NCBI RefSeq assembly: GCF_018350175.1
Contig: NC_058368.1
Span: forward strand, 192,140,001-192,204,000
Direction: 5' to 3'
Source of the DNA: Felis catus
Taxonomy: Eukaryota
Length of the DNA: 64,000 bases
Shown: positions 50,558 through 64,000 of the stretch, piece by piece
Layout: the number at the start of each line of letters is the position of its first letter
Numbering within the stretch: position 1 is the first letter of the stretch
Notes under the pieces: model-generated
Seen by the model: only the letters and a program-made list of their open reading frames with translations
Databases searched by the model: none
What the model was told of the DNA's origin: nothing
Made by a program: the position numbers and the translations under genes

Positions 50558-50849
50558 ATCAGCAGCAACAGCAGCAGCATCTGAGGTAGGCAGACTTATC
50601 ACCTGGCCCCAATGATTCCCACTTCCTAGTATTCCAGCTCTTGAACGATTATGCAAATATGTGAGATGATAGATGTGTTCATGAACTAGATACGGAGAAC
50701 CTTTCACAATGTACATGTATATCAAATCATCACAACATACACCTACAATATCTTACAACTTTATGTGTTAATTATACCTCAAGAAAGCTGAAATTCAAAA
50801 AAAATTTTAATGTAAAGTTTTAACTTAGAAAAACACAGCTTATTTTTGC

Positions 50850-50974
50850 CCTCCCTTTATTGTCTCACTTCCCCACTCCCCTACTGGTGCTTCCTAGAAT
50901 CACCTCCTAAATAAACTACACGCCTTCAAACTATTGCCTCAAGGCCTCTTTCTAGGGGAGTACAAATTAAGACA
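50850..50974 (+). mobile_element. LTR16-like 3' fragment
   Basis: atcacctcctaaataaactac...ctttctaggggagtacaaattaagaca. Confidence 0.6.
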
Positions 50975-51078
50975 ACGTCTTTGTTCTTAAAAACCCTTGT
51001 GTACTCCACTTCAAGAAAATTCCAACTCACTCACTCCAGCTTTATGCCATCTCTTGGCTTCCTTTCCTCCTCCCCCTT

Positions 51079-51522
51079 TGTGGAAGAGATGACTAGCTGT
51101 TCTCAATACTTGTTCTCTCTCCCTCCTCACTTCCAGAACCCCTGGTTTTTACCTGGGCACATAATCTAAGTAAGGACACACTTTCCAGCCTCCCTGGCAA
51201 TGGGGTGCAGCCATCTTCGCTCTGGCCAATGAGATATAAGAGGAAATAGTTTGTTCATGGTCCCTGAGGAATATCCATATTGGGAGAGATGCGTTCTCCT
51301 CTGCCCTTTCTACTTCCTGCTGGCTAGAGTGTGGGTATCATGACTGGAACTCCAAGAGTCACTGGGAACAAGAGGCGATCCTGAAACAAGATGGAAGGAG
51401 CATAGATATCTGACCATACCACCTAACTGCAACCATTTACACATGAGAGAAATACCTTTCTACCTTGTTTAAATGGCTATTATTTTTATTTTCTATTACT
51501 TGCTGCTAACCCTAATCCAAAC
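51079..51522 (+). mobile_element. Old MLT1(H/I/J-like) LTR
   Basis: tttccagcctccctggca...tctggccaatgagatataagaggaa. Confidence 0.65.
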
Positions 51523-52031
51523 TGTGATGGCCTCTGAAATCTCACCCCCACCCATTCCTATTAAATCTAAATGTAAAACAGTTTATGCATCTTCTTCGGT
51601 GACCGATAACCTTAGAATCTCATGTCTCCTGTCAAATGGTTATCCAGCATATTTCCCTAAAGTAAGATGAGGAACAATAGCACCAACTAAAAAGATATTT
51701 CACCTCCCAACATAATCATAATAATTTTACCACCCTACATGACATTTATTCTAGATACTGTGCCCAGTGCTTACATGATTAACTCATCTTCATGAATCCA
51801 TATTTTCAGTGTGTAAAAATAACAACTTAACATGCCTTTCCTTTATAAGCTGTATGTCAGTATATTGAATAGTTGATGAAGGAACATTTTCATTAAACAA
51901 GAATTTCAGTTACTAAACTGTGGAGAAATTTGGAATTGGAATATCACCATTTTGCTCTCCCTAATGAATTATGGATCTTTGCAATGATTTTCAATGTCTA
52001 CTGAAATCATAGAGAAACAAAGAAAGAAAGA

Positions 52032-52235
52032 GGGGCGCCTGGGTGGCTCAGTCAGTTGAGCTTCCGACTTTGGCTCAGGTCATGATCTCACACCCTGTGA
52101 GTTCAAGCCCCACGTCGAGCTCTGTGCTGACAGCTCAGAGTCTGGAGCCTGCTTCAGATTCTGTGTCTCCCTCTCTCTCTGACCCTCCCCCATTCATGCT
52201 CTGTCTCTCTCTGTCTCAAAAATAAATAAACATGA

Positions 52236-52279
<44 letters not shown>

Positions 52280-52298
52280 GAGAAAAAGAAAGAAAGAA
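52032..52298 (+). mobile_element. CAN-SINE with (GAAA)n tail
   Basis: SINEC_Fc text; (GAAA)n at 52234-52298. Confidence 0.95.
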
Positions 52299-52559
52299 AC
52301 CACACTTACTTTCCTCCCAACAGAAGAACACAGCACCTATGAGAGTCTTGCAAAAGCAAGACAAATATGAATGTAATCGTGCCTCCTACTCTTGATTCAC
52401 AGGAAATACAGGGACAGAAGAACATGTTAAATGATGCCACAGGGACACAATCAGCAAAATCCAGAGTGGATACCAGAAAATAACCTGGTTTCATCAACAA
52501 AACATTGCAAAGAAAAAAATGTGATAATGGAGGGGTGTACAGATGAAAATAAACTTAAG

Positions 52560-55190
52560 GAACTGATGTCAGTGAGTAGCAGAATGAGAACCTCCGCAAA
52601 TTTTCTCCATAAAAGCAGTGAGAAAGAACAGTGGCAAAATTGTCAAAATCACCTGCAAATTAGCCAAAGGCTTACAGCAATCTAGGGAAGATTTATTCGG
52701 GATAAATGATTGAATCTCATTAAGAACAGTGAGCTTTGTGGTATTTTAACTTGCCCTTGCCCCATCCCCTCTGCCCAGCTCAGCAATGCCTAAAAAACAG
52801 TGGTGAAAGCAGCAACCTAGCAGCCACAGAAGAGGGTAGCATGGAGTTGGAGCTCCTTCAAAGTCTCATTTTCAGAGAATTATCACTATTTGACCTATCT
52901 TCTGGTTCCTTGGAAGACTCCACTTGAAAGTAGGAGCATGTCTTTCTTTGATCTGACTTGGAGCTTGACTTTTCCCCAGGGGCATCTGTTGAACACAGTT
53001 GTTTAACATCACAGCTGTTGAGGTGGGGGAGGTGGGAGAGTATAGATAATGTTTAAGGCAAACAATAAGCTAACCAAAAGCTTAAAAGGGAAAAATAAGA
53101 AATGAGATGTCCATAATTGGCTTTGAAGAGCTCTAAAACATTGCTGCAAATTTACAGAGTTGTGTGTGTGCTGAAAAAAGACCTGAAAATGTCCTAGGTT
53201 CTCATCTCTGGCTAATACTGAGGCTCTACTCAAGCAGGAAGATAAGGCTAAGGAAAGCTTTAAACTTCCTGGCTCAGGACTGAACATGTGCCCCGACACA
53301 AACACAGAGACCCTCAGCAAAGACTGGGCAACTTATTGGTTCCAGAAATTTAAGAAGATCTCTATCCGATTATTAGCTGACCACTAAGCTAATCAAACAG
53401 AAACATCAGTGGCCAAACATGACAAAGAATACAAAGTGTACAGAATTAGTTCTCTCCCCAAATATACTAAACAAACAACAAACGGCAGCAATAACAAATC
53501 TTCCTATGGGAAGGAAAGAGAATCTGATTTTAACTGTCCTGTTTTCAACAACAAAAAAATTATGAAACATGTAAATAAGTAAGAAAATATGGCCCTAACA
53601 TAGGGGGAGAAAATCAATAAAAACTGTCCAAGGAAGCCCAGATATTGGATTTACTAGATAAAAACTTCAAACCAGGTATTCTAAACATATTCAAACAACT
53701 AAAGTAAATTACATTTAAATAATAAGGAAAGGAAAGTGAGATGACATCTTACCTAATAAATAATATTGATAAAGAGATAGAGATTATTTTTTAAGAGAAT
53801 CAAGTATAAATTCTGGGGTTAAAAAAATACAATAATTTAAATGAGAAATTTACTAGAGGACTCAACAGCAAATGCAAGCTGCCAAAAGACATAATCAGTG
53901 AACTTGAAGATAGGTAATTGAGATTATCCAGTCTGAACAATGGAGAGAAAAAAAAAAGACAAAGAAAAATAAAAACTCAGAGAACCCTGGTACTCCATCA
54001 AACATACCAGTACATGCATAATGGGAAAGAAACAGAGGCAGAAAGAGTATTTGAAAAAACAATGGTCAAAAACTTCCCAAATTTTATGAAAAATATTAAT
54101 CTACAAATCCAAAAGTCTCAGCAAATTCCAAATAGGATGAACTCAGAGAGATCCATATCTAAACAAATCATAATCAATGTCCAAAGATAAAGAAAGAGTC
54201 TTTGAAAGTAATAGGAAGGAAGCAACTTGCATGCTCAAGAGGTTCTCAGTCATATTAATAGCTGGCCTCTCGATTGAAACCAGGGAAGCCAGAAGGCAGC
54301 GGGATAACATATACAAAGTGCCGAAAGGAAGGCCATTAAACAAGAATTCTATGTTCAGTAAATCTATCCTTCAAAAATAAAGGCATTCCCTGATAAATAG
54401 GAACAGAGAATCTGTTGCTAGCAGACCCACTCTACAAGAAATACCAAAGGGAATCCTTCGGGCTGAAACGAAAAGATTCAACAGCAACTCAAAGTCACAT
54501 GAAGAAATAAAGAACGTCACTAAAAGTAACTCCGTAGGTAAATATAAAAGACAGATAAAAGGATTTTTTGTTTGTAATTTCTTCTTTCTTCTCTCTGACT
54601 TAAAATGCAACCACATAAAGTAATAATTATAAATCTGTGTAATTGAGCATACAATTTATAAGGATTTAACTTGTGTGACAATAACAGCACAAACGAGGAG
54701 GGAGTGAATGGAGCTACAAAGGAGCAAAGTTTTTGTATACTATTGAAATTAAGTTGATATTAATCCAAACTAGGTTGTCATAAATTAAGATATTAATTAT
54801 AATCTCCAGGAAACCACTGAGAAAATAACTCAAAAATATAATAAAATAAAGAACAAGGGAACTAAAAAGTTACTCTAGGAAATGTCTGTATTTAACACGA
54901 AAGGTAATAACAAAGGAACAAAGGAACAAAAAAACACAAGACATATAGTGAAATTGCAGACATAAATCCCACCTTCTCAGTCATTGAATTAAATATAAAT
55001 CAATTAAACACTCCAACTAAAAGGCAGAGACCGGCAGAGTGGATTTCTTTTAATGATCCAACTATATGCTGCTTACAAGAGATTCACTTCAGATTCAAAA
55101 ACACAAATTGGTTGAAAATAAAAGGACTGTAAAAGATATTTCATGCAAATAGTAGCCAAAAGGCAGTTAGAGTGGCTGTCCTAATTATAA
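52560..55190 (+). mobile_element. Old L1 5'UTR + ORF1 + start of ORF2; 3'-truncated
   Basis: ORF1 remnants (AERVFEKTMVKNFPNFMKNINLQIQ; EARRQRDNIYK); ORF2 start near 54970 (aactatatgctgcttacaagagattcacttcag). Confidence 0.85.
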
Positions 55191-55199
55191 TGTTATATT

Positions 55200-55390
55200 T
55201 TATATATAATGTATAATAATATTGTAAATATATATACACACACCTATTTATACACAGGCATGTGCATGTTTAAATGTGTCTATATTCCATATATATACAC
55301 ATATATATACATATACATACATATATATACATATGTACATATACATAAATATATACATATATATACATATATATATATACATACACACAT
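55200..55390. repeat. Degenerate (TA/CA)n low-complexity tract
   Basis: atatatacacatatatatacatatacatac... Confidence 0.9.
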
Positions 55391-56129
55391 GAATAGAAAT
55401 CAGGGAAATGTGAACACAGACTGGATATTTGGTGATATTAAGGAATTATTGTCAATTTTTTAGATGTGATAAGGGTATAGTAGTTATGCCTAAGAAGAAA
55501 GACTTCTTTTAGAGGCACATTCTGCAATTGTTCGAGATAACTTTATATTATGTGTATAATGTACTTCAAAAAATTTGGAAGGATGTGGTGAAATATGAGG
55601 GCTAGATGAAACAAGATTAGTCATGAGTGGGTAATTCATGTTTCTGGGAATGAGTCCACGGATGTCAATTTTATTAGTCTATCTCTTATGTGTATATTCA
55701 AATTTTTCCATAATAAAAGACTAAAAAAGAAAGGCACAACAAACCTACCTGACCAGTCGCTGAGATGCAGTGGGACCAAAAAGATTAATATTTGTCAATC
55801 CACTCAAACATTTCTTGAGCATTGGCAATGAGCAAATCACTGGCATTAACAGGCTCTCAAGGAGGCACAGATAAAAATAGAGACAAAGCATTATAGACAA
55901 AGAGTGGAAGATGTATCGTACCAGGGACCCAAATGCAGGACTGTGAGTTAGCAAAAGAGAGATTATTGCTGATGAGGGACAAAGGCAAGCCTTAAGTCAT
56001 AGAATATTCAAGCACCAAGAGTCTTTATCAAACCCTCTTATTTATACCTGAAAAACCTGAGCTTCGAAGACGAATTCACTTTTCTCATGTACCACAGCAA
56101 CATTCGAAGAGTTCGGATTTATTTTCTTC

Positions 56130-56340
56130 TGGAGCTAACATTCACTGAGAGCTTATTCCTCATGGCATCTTGCTAAGAACTTCACATGTATTATTTTATT
56201 TAATCCTCACAATGTATTCCATTATTATCCCGTTTTGCAGAGGAGGAAACAGAGACTCAGGGAAGTTAAATGACTCACCCAATTTGACACAGCCAGGAAG
56301 TGGCAGGGTTGGGTCTCCACCTGGGATGTCTGTCTTCATA
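56130..56340 (-). mobile_element. MIR
   Basis: atttaatcctcacaa...ttttgcagaggaggaaacagagactcagggaagttaaatgac. Confidence 0.82.
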
Positions 56341-56938
56341 ATGTTCTCTCTTACCGCCATAATGGGATTTAACCCAGAATTCCTTTCACTCCTCTGTGCT
56401 GGATTATGCTGTAATACAATGTACAGAGAGAGAAAAAAAAAAAAAAAAACAGATATTTCAGCTATAGGAAATAAAGATTAAACTAACACTAATACTTTGT
56501 CCTACAGGACTTTTTAGAACTGACAAATGTGTACCTTGAGAGAAGCTTATCGCATTAATAATTTTATGTCACTAAACAACGGTGGTATTTATATAAATGC
56601 ACAAAATTTGCCTACCATAACCATTTTCCAGACAGTGTTCTCTGATACTTCACTCTAGTTTTCTGCACCTGACAACACAAGAGTCAGTTACTTCAGCCCT
56701 GCCAAGGGTCAATGAGCCCTCCTCCAGCAGTTCTTCCCCCCTCCCCCCCCAGCTGGACTATAGTGTGGAACGCTGCAGAGACCAAGGCTCTCTTTCCTCC
56801 TCTCAGAGAGGCTCAGTGGCATCATGGAAAACTGGCTTCCCATCCCCAGCTCTGGCACTACTCTTCACAACACCGAGAGTAAGTCATGCAAGCTGGACCT
56901 CAGTTGCCCCATCCGTCACATAAAAGAGGTTAAACCAC

Positions 56939-57105
56939 TGGGCTCCTGGGTAAGGCAGTTGGTTGAGCATCTGATTCTTGATTTTGGCTCAGGTCATGAT
57001 CCCAGGGTCATGGAATCAAGCCCCATGTCAGACTCCATGCTGAACGTGGAGGGTGTTTGAGATTCTCTCTCTCTTTCCCTCTGCCCATCTCCCCTGCTCA
57101 TGCTC

Positions 57106-57136
<31 letters not shown>

Positions 57137-57163
57137 AGGAAAATTTTTTTAAAAAAGAAAAAA
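56939..57163 (+). mobile_element. CAN-SINE (older type)
   Basis: TSD aaaga(g/a)gttaaac. Confidence 0.9.
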
Positions 57164-57206
57164 AAAGAAGTTAAACTACATGAGCTTTAAAAACTCATTC
57201 TTCTCT

Positions 57207-57221
57207 AAATGTGATAATGTG

Positions 57222-57264
<43 letters not shown>

Positions 57265-57665
57265 GGAATATTACTCAGCCATCAAAAAGAATGAAATCTT
57301 GCCATTTGCAACCACGTGGATGGAGCTGCAATGTATTATGCTAAGCAAAACTAGTCAATCATAGAAAGACAAAACCATATGATTTCACTCATATGAGGAA
57401 TTTAAGAAACAAAACACATGAACAAATGGGAAGGAGAGGAAGAGAAGAGAGGAACACAAACCACAAAAGACGCTTAATGATGGAGAACAAACTGGGTTGA
57501 TAGAGGGAGGTGAGTGCGAGATGGGCTGGGTGGGTGATGGGTACTAAGGAGGGCACTTGTGATGAGCACTGGGTGTTATAATGTAAGTGATGAATCACTG
57601 AATTCTAACCCTGAAACCAATATTGCACTGTATGTTAACTAATTAAAATTTAAATTAAAAAAAAA
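57207..57665 (+). mobile_element. Short carnivore L1 3' end with (CA)n
   Basis: caatggaatattactcagccatcaaaaagaatgaaatcttgcc; TSD ctcattcttctct on both sides. Confidence 0.93.
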
Positions 57666-58890
57666 ACCTCATTCTTCTCTGACAAGGCATAATTCCATGA
57701 AGTAAAACAGATATTTCTGTGTTATATCAGTGGGGTCAGGGAGGGGAAAAGAGGCTTTAAAAAAATCTCTATTAACAGAAACAAACTCTAGAAACCAAAT
57801 ATAAAACAGAAAATTTTATATATAGATATAGATATAAAATAAATATACATATATTTAATTCACTATAGAGTGTTAGGATGCAGCATTATTTTATGCCATT
57901 ATTGGATTCGGAATATCAGACTCAAGTTTGTAGCCCAGCTTTGCCAATCACTAGATATGACTTTATTGATTATAATAACAGTTATTAATAGCCATTGAGT
58001 ACTACCTATATGTCACAAATTCAACACTCTACTATTCCCTCTGTAACACATCACTTAAGCCTCAGTTACCATATCTACAATAATGCTGAATGAGATCACA
58101 CATAATACACTAATCGCAACATTACAGATTCTCAGCACTTTTTAAAATCCTATCATGTTATTTTGAACAACATATAAGCTTGTTAAGGATAATCACTCCA
58201 TCATCATGCAAGCTAATGCAAAGTTTGCAGCCACGTACTGTGGAAATAAATCTATTCAAATATGTTTGTCTTTACTTTTCTTGGAAACTACCATTTGTAA
58301 ATGCCATATCTTTTAGGTTGTTTGTTCCAACAGCAATAATGGTAGTAAGTGTATTATTTCCTTACCTTTCCTATTATTATTCCAAAACTATTTCTAACAA
58401 ATTCAGGAAGCTCATCAAGAGATGCCACAAAGGGCAAATGGGAAAAATAACATCTGTGAGACAGGTATGTTCTATTGAAAAGCTAAAGCCAAAAACTAAA
58501 GAATTTAAAATTAGACACTTGTTTACTGGGTATTCAAGTGTTAATGAAGCTTTCCAACACCACATGGCTATGCTCCTTCATTTGGATTTCACTATTTTTA
58601 GTGATTCAACTACAGATTCAGAAAAGCACTTAGAGATCAAACAGTTCAATACCCTTCCAGTTCCAATCCCTGTGTTCAGAAGCAAAAAATGAGAGCCCAA
58701 AGAATCAGTCAGTCAACTATCAGCTGTTGTACACTTATCATTATTTGCTAACCTCTGTGTAGGTTCTTGGGATACCTCGTGAACAAAATAAACAGAATCT
58801 CTGTCCTCATGGCACGCACATTCTGGAGGGGAGAAATGATTTGTCCAGGCAACACTTAAGGCCAGTGGCAAAGCTGGGCCACCCAACATC

Positions 58891-59796
58891 CAAGACCCTG
58901 AATAGCCAAAGCAATCTTGAAAAAGAAAACAAAACAGGAGGTATCACAATTGCAGACTTCAAGTTATACTACAAAGCTTTAGTAATCAAAACAGTAAGGT
59001 ACTGGCACAAAAATAGGCACATAGATCAATAGAACAGAACAGAAAACCTGAAATAAACCCATTACTATATGGTCAATTAATCTTCAACAAAGCAGGAAAG
59101 AATATCCAGTGGAAAAAAGACAGTCTCTTCAACAAATGGTATTGGGAAAACTGAACAGCTACATACAAAAGAAAGAAACTGGACCACTTTCTTACACCAT
59201 ATACAAAAATAAACTCAAAATGGATCAGAGACTTAAATGTGAGACCTGAAATCATAAAAATCCTAGAAGAGAGCACAGGCAGCAATTTCATCAGACGTAG
59301 CAAAATTTTTCTAAGTATATCTCCTGTAGCAAGGGAAATAAAAGCAAAAATAAACTATTGGAACTACATCAAAATAGAAAGCTTTTGCACAGTGAAGGCA
59401 ACAATCAACAAAACTAAAAGGCAACCTATTGAATAGAAGAAGATATTTGCAAATGACATGTTCAATAAAGGGTTAGTATCCAAAATATATAAAGAATTGA
59501 TACAACTCAATACACTCACACAAAAACAAATAATATAATTTAAAAATGGGCATAAGACATGAACAGACATTTCTCCAAACAAGATATACAGATGGCCAAC
59601 ACACACAATAAAAGATGCTCAACATCCTTCATCATCAGGGAAATGCAAATCAAAACTTCAAGATATTGCCTCACAACTGTCATAATGTCTAAAATCAAAA
59701 ACACAGTTAACAAAGATAAATACCATATGATTTCACTTGAATGTAGAATTTAAGAAACAAAACAAACAGGCAAAGGGGGAAAAAATGAGAGTGAGT

Positions 59797-59832
<36 letters not shown>

Positions 59833-60767
59833 AAGAAACAGACTCTTAATCACAGAGAATAATTGAATGGCTACCAGAGGGAAGGGGGGTGGAGGGTATA
59901 GGTTAAATGGGTGATAGGGATTAAAAAGTGCACTTGTCATAATGAGCACAGGGTGATGTATGGAACTGTTGAATTACTATATTGTACACCTGAAACTAAT
60001 ACAACACTGTATGTTTGCAAACGGGAATTTAAATAGAAACTTAAAACACACATAAAGAGGAAACAAGTGTTGGTGGGGATGTGGAGAAAAGGAGAAATCT
60101 CTTAGTGCTGGTGGGAATGCAAACTGGTGTAGCCACTCTGGAAAACAGTATGGAGTTTCTTCAAAAAGCTAAAAACAGAACTACCCTGTAATCCAGTAAT
60201 TGCACTATGGAGTATTTACCCCCAAAATACAAAAACACCAATTCAAAGGGATACATGCACCCCTATGTTCATTGAGGCATTATATACAATAGCCAAATTA
60301 CAGAAGTAGCCCAAGTATCCATCAATAGATAAATGAATAAAGAAGATGTGGTATATACAGATAATGAAACATTATTCAGCCATAAAAAATAATGAAATCT
60401 TACCATTTGCAACAACATGGTTGGATTTAGACAGTATAATGCTAAGCAAAATAAGTCAGTCAGAGAAAGACAAATACCATATGATTTCATTCCTATGTAG
60501 AATTTAAGGGAAGGGAGGGGAACAGGCAAAGGAAAAAGAGACATAAACCAAGAAGCAAACTCTTAACTATAGAAAACAAACAGATTGTAACCAAAGGAGA
60601 GTTGGGAGAGAGTATGGGTGAAATAGGTGATGGGGACTAAAGAGTACAATTACCATGATGAGGACTGTGTAATATACAGAATTGTTGAATCACTATATTG
60701 TACACCTGAAACTAATATAATACTGTATGTTAACACTGGAATCAAAATTAAAAACTTAATTAAAAAA
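58891..60767 (+). mobile_element. Carnivore L1 ORF2 3' part + 3'UTR, containing a nested L1 3'UTR
   Basis: [31 protein letters not shown]; complete 3'UTR at 60450-60767. Confidence 0.93.
59706..60042 (+). mobile_element. Nested short L1 3'UTR
   Basis: aaagataaataccatatgatttcac...tgtacacctgaaactaat; aaaacaca on both flanks. Confidence 0.8.
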
Positions 60768-60969
60768 ATTTCAGGTCACATTCCCAAGGCCATATAGATG
60801 ACTGTAATAAAATCTGATTTTTTGACAATTATTCCAGTGATTTTATGTTCCTTGAAGACCTGAACCACATGTTTTCCATTCGTGGGCCCTTCCTTTACAG
60901 AATTGATCACAGTGTCTGACCCCTAAAGACGCAGTGGAAAATCTAATTATTAAGAATTATCATTGACAA

Positions 60970-63795
60970 TGTAGGATAGACCACAAGTTAGGTCACAAAC
61001 ATGTCTTAAATTTAAGAAGATTAAAATCATACCAAGTATCTTTTCTGACCACCATGGAATGAAGCCAGAAGAAATGAATAAATTCCTAGAAACATACAAC
61101 CAACCAAGACTAAACCATAAAGAAATAGAAAGTCTGAACAATCCTATAAATACTATGGAGATTGACTCAGTAACTAAAAACCTCCCAAAAAACAAAAGCC
61201 CAGGACCAGACGGCTTCACTCATGAATTATACCAAACACTTAAAGAAGAATTAATGACAATCCTTATACTCTTCAAAAAAAAAAAAAAACTGAAGTTGAG
61301 GAAACACTTCCTAACTCATTTAATGAGGTATGTAGGTATTATCCTTATACCAAAGGCAGCCAAAGACACCCCAAGAAAACTACAGACCAGTATCTCTGAT
61401 GAATATAAATGCAAAAATCCTTAACACAATCCTAGCAAACCAAGTCTAAAAGCACATTAGAAGGATCTAACACATGACAAAGTGGGATTTACCCCTGGGA
61501 TGGAAGGATGATTCAACATGCAAATAAAAATTAATACAATATACCACATTAACTGAATAAAGAATAAAAATCACATGATTATCTCCATAGATGCAGAAAA
61601 AAGCATTTGACAAAATTGAACACTCTTTTATGATAAAAACTCTCAACTAACTAGGAATAGAAGGAAAGTACCTCAACAGAATAAAGAACATATATGAAAA
61701 GCCCACAGCTAACATCATATTCAATGGTTAAAAAGTGAAAGCTTTTCTTCAAAGATCAGGAGCAAAGCAAGGATGCCCACTCTCACCCCTTCTACTCAAT
61801 ATAGTGCTAGAAGTCCTAGCTATAGCAGTTAGTCAAGAAAAATAAATAAAAGGCATACAAAGAGGAAAGGAAGGAAGTTAAATTGTCCCTGTTTGCAAAT
61901 AACATAATCCTACATAATAGAGACCCTAAAGATGCTACCAAAGAACAATCCTAACCAATAAACAAATTAAATAAAGCTGAAGGATACAAAAAAAAAAAAA
62001 AATACTTGTGTTTGTATACAATAACAACAAATTATCTGAACAGGAAATTAAGGAAACAGCCTCATTATTTACAATAGCACCAAAATGAATAAAACATATA
62101 GGAATTAACTAAGGAAAGACTTGTACACTAAAGAAAGAAATTAAAGAAGACACAAACAAATGGAAATATGTCTACTGTTAATGGATAAGAAGACTTAATG
62201 TTGATAATGCATCCATACTACACCAAGCAATCTACAGATTCAATGTAATTTCTACCAAAATCCCAAAGGCAGTCTTTATGGTAGTAGAAAGCCAATTCTA
62301 AAATTCATATGGAACCACAAAAGACCAGGAATAGCTAAATCAATATCAACAAACATAACAAAGCTGGAGGCATCACAATTCCAGATTTTGAAGTATATTA
62401 CAAAGCTGCTGTAATCAAAACAATATGGAACTGGAATAAAGATAGACCTATAGGCCAATGGAACAAAATGAGAACCCAGAAATAAATCCATGTACATGTC
62501 AAATGATTTTCAGCAACGATGCCAGAAATACACAATGGAGAAAGGCTGTTAAGAAAACTGGATAACCACATGCAAAAGAATGAAATTGGACCCTTACCTT
62601 ACATCACAAACAAAAGTCAATTTAAAATGTATTAAAGACTTAAACATAAGACCAGAAACTGTAAAACTCCTGGAAGAAAACATAGGAGAAAAACCTTGTT
62701 ACATTAGTCTTACCAGTGATTTCATGGGTATGACACAAAAGCATAGGCAATAAAAGTAAAAATAGACAAGACTAAAAAGCTTCTGAACAGCAAAGGAAAC
62801 AATAAACAGAGTGGAAAAGGCAATGGAATGGGAGAAAATTCGTTATAAGCCAGATATGTGATAGGGAGTTAATCTTCAAAATATATTAAGAATTCCTAAA
62901 ACTCAGTAGTGTAAAAAAAAAAAAAAAAACCTAAGCCAATTAAAAAATGGGGTAAGGATGAATAGATAGACATGTCTCCAAAGAAAACATACAAATGGCT
63001 AACAGATAAAAGAAAAAATGATCATTGTCACTAATCATCAGGGAAATGCAAATCAAAACCACAATGAGATATCATCAGCTTACACCTGTCAGGACAGTTA
63101 CTATCAAAAGAAATAAAAAGCTAACAGGGTTGGTGAAGATGTGAAGAAATTGTATAAGAAACTTACACACTGTTTGTGGGAATGCAAAATGGTACAGCTG
63201 CTATGGAAAATAGTATGGAGTTTCCTCAAAATATTAAAAATAGAACTACCAAAAGATCCAGCAATCCCACTTCTGGGTTTTTATCCAAAAGAATTGAAGT
63301 CAGGATCTCAAAGAGATATTAGCACTCCTATGTTCATTTGCAGCATTATTCATAATAACCAAGATGTGGAAACAACCTAAATGTCCACGGATAAAGAAGA
63401 TGTGATATACACCTACAATGGTATATTTGGCCTTAAAAAACGAAGTTCTGACACATGCTACAACATGGATGAAACTTGAAAAGGTTATCGTAAGTGAAAT
63501 AGGCCAGTCACCAAAAAACAAATCCTGCATGATTCCACCTACATGAGGTACTGAAAATAGTCAAACTCATAGAATCAAAGAGTGGAATCATGGCTGCCAG
63601 GAGCTGGGAAAAGGGAGAAGCCAGGAGTTACTGCTAATCAATGGGCATACAGTTTCAATCAAGCAAAATAAATTAATTCTAGAAATCTGCTGTACAACAC
63701 TGTACCTATAGTGAACAACCCTGTATTATACATTTTAAACTTTGTTAAAAGAGCAGATCTCATGTTAAGTGTTTCTTACCACAATAAAATTTTTT
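60970..63795 (+). mobile_element. L1MA-type ORF2 + 3'UTR with an internal deletion
   Basis: EEMNKFLETYNQPRLN...[27 protein letters not shown]; ends gatctcatgttaagtgtttcttaccacaataaa. Confidence 0.93.
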
Positions 63796-63859
63796 GAAAA
63801 TGGTAAAATTTTAAAAATTAAGAAATTATTATTATTTTTAATAAATAAAAACAATTGTT

Positions 63860-64000
63860 TTAAGAAAGGAGCTTTGGAACCAGAAGGTTCAAATCCCACC
63901 CCTGCCACTCACTGACAGGAACTTTGGGTGGGTTTCTTCATATATTTCTTCATCTTACAAAAGGGTATTAGTTTCCACCTCCACAGAGGTCAGGAGGATT
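63860..64000 (+). mobile_element. MIR (runs off window)
   Basis: gctttggaaccagaaggttcaaatccc...ctgccactcact. Confidence 0.7.

Larger units (their letters stand above)
51780..55730 (+). mobile_element. L1MC-type 3'UTR hosting a SINE and a second L1
   Basis: caggaaatacagggacagaagaacatgttaaatg (left part) and agactggatatttggtgatattaaggaattattg (right part, from 55395). Confidence 0.7.

Noticed and set aside
1478..52336. Many recurring ORFs such as MAQSVK...SLEPASDSVSPSLS and (RE)n/(SL)n peptides
   Set aside because: Translations of dispersed CAN-SINE copies and their (CT)n tracts, not a gene family
58180..58692. Longest ORF in the track (170 aa)
   Set aside because: Starts at TTG, resembles no protein family I know, is AT-rich, runs into MIR-like sequence and has no clear splice context; probably chance
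1..64000. Inferring a minus-strand host gene from the excess of + strand L1s
   Set aside because: Too few independent elements, several are on the minus strand, and no exon was recognised

Overview
Mammalian, repeat-dense, apparently non-coding DNA (intergenic, or deep in a large intron). The 24 tRNA-derived CAN-SINEs, mostly SINEC_Fc-like, point to a cat-like carnivoran (Felidae/Feliformia). I could not recognise any host protein-coding exon, RNA gene or CRISPR-like array. The protein-like ORFs in the track are decayed L1 ORF1/ORF2 pieces; the rest look like SINE read-throughs or chance ORFs. Roughly half the window is transposon-derived: several L1 generations, L2, L3/CR1, MIR, MaLR/ERVL solo LTRs, and hAT and Tigger MITEs. 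Subfamily names come from recalled consensus sequences, not a RepeatMasker run. The most notable sequence-level observations are: (i) a new 17-bp perfect hairpin written into a SINE head by an apparent template switch (23539-23613); (ii) three sites where one target site was apparently re-used by successive retrotransposons; (iii) an L1+SINE unit that seems to share one target-site duplication (32908-36674); (iv) a tail-to-tail SINE pair only 29 bp apart; (v) a few repeat-free, motif-dense blocks that look like developmental enhancers or lncRNA promoters/exons. I found no convincing novel multi-gene system.
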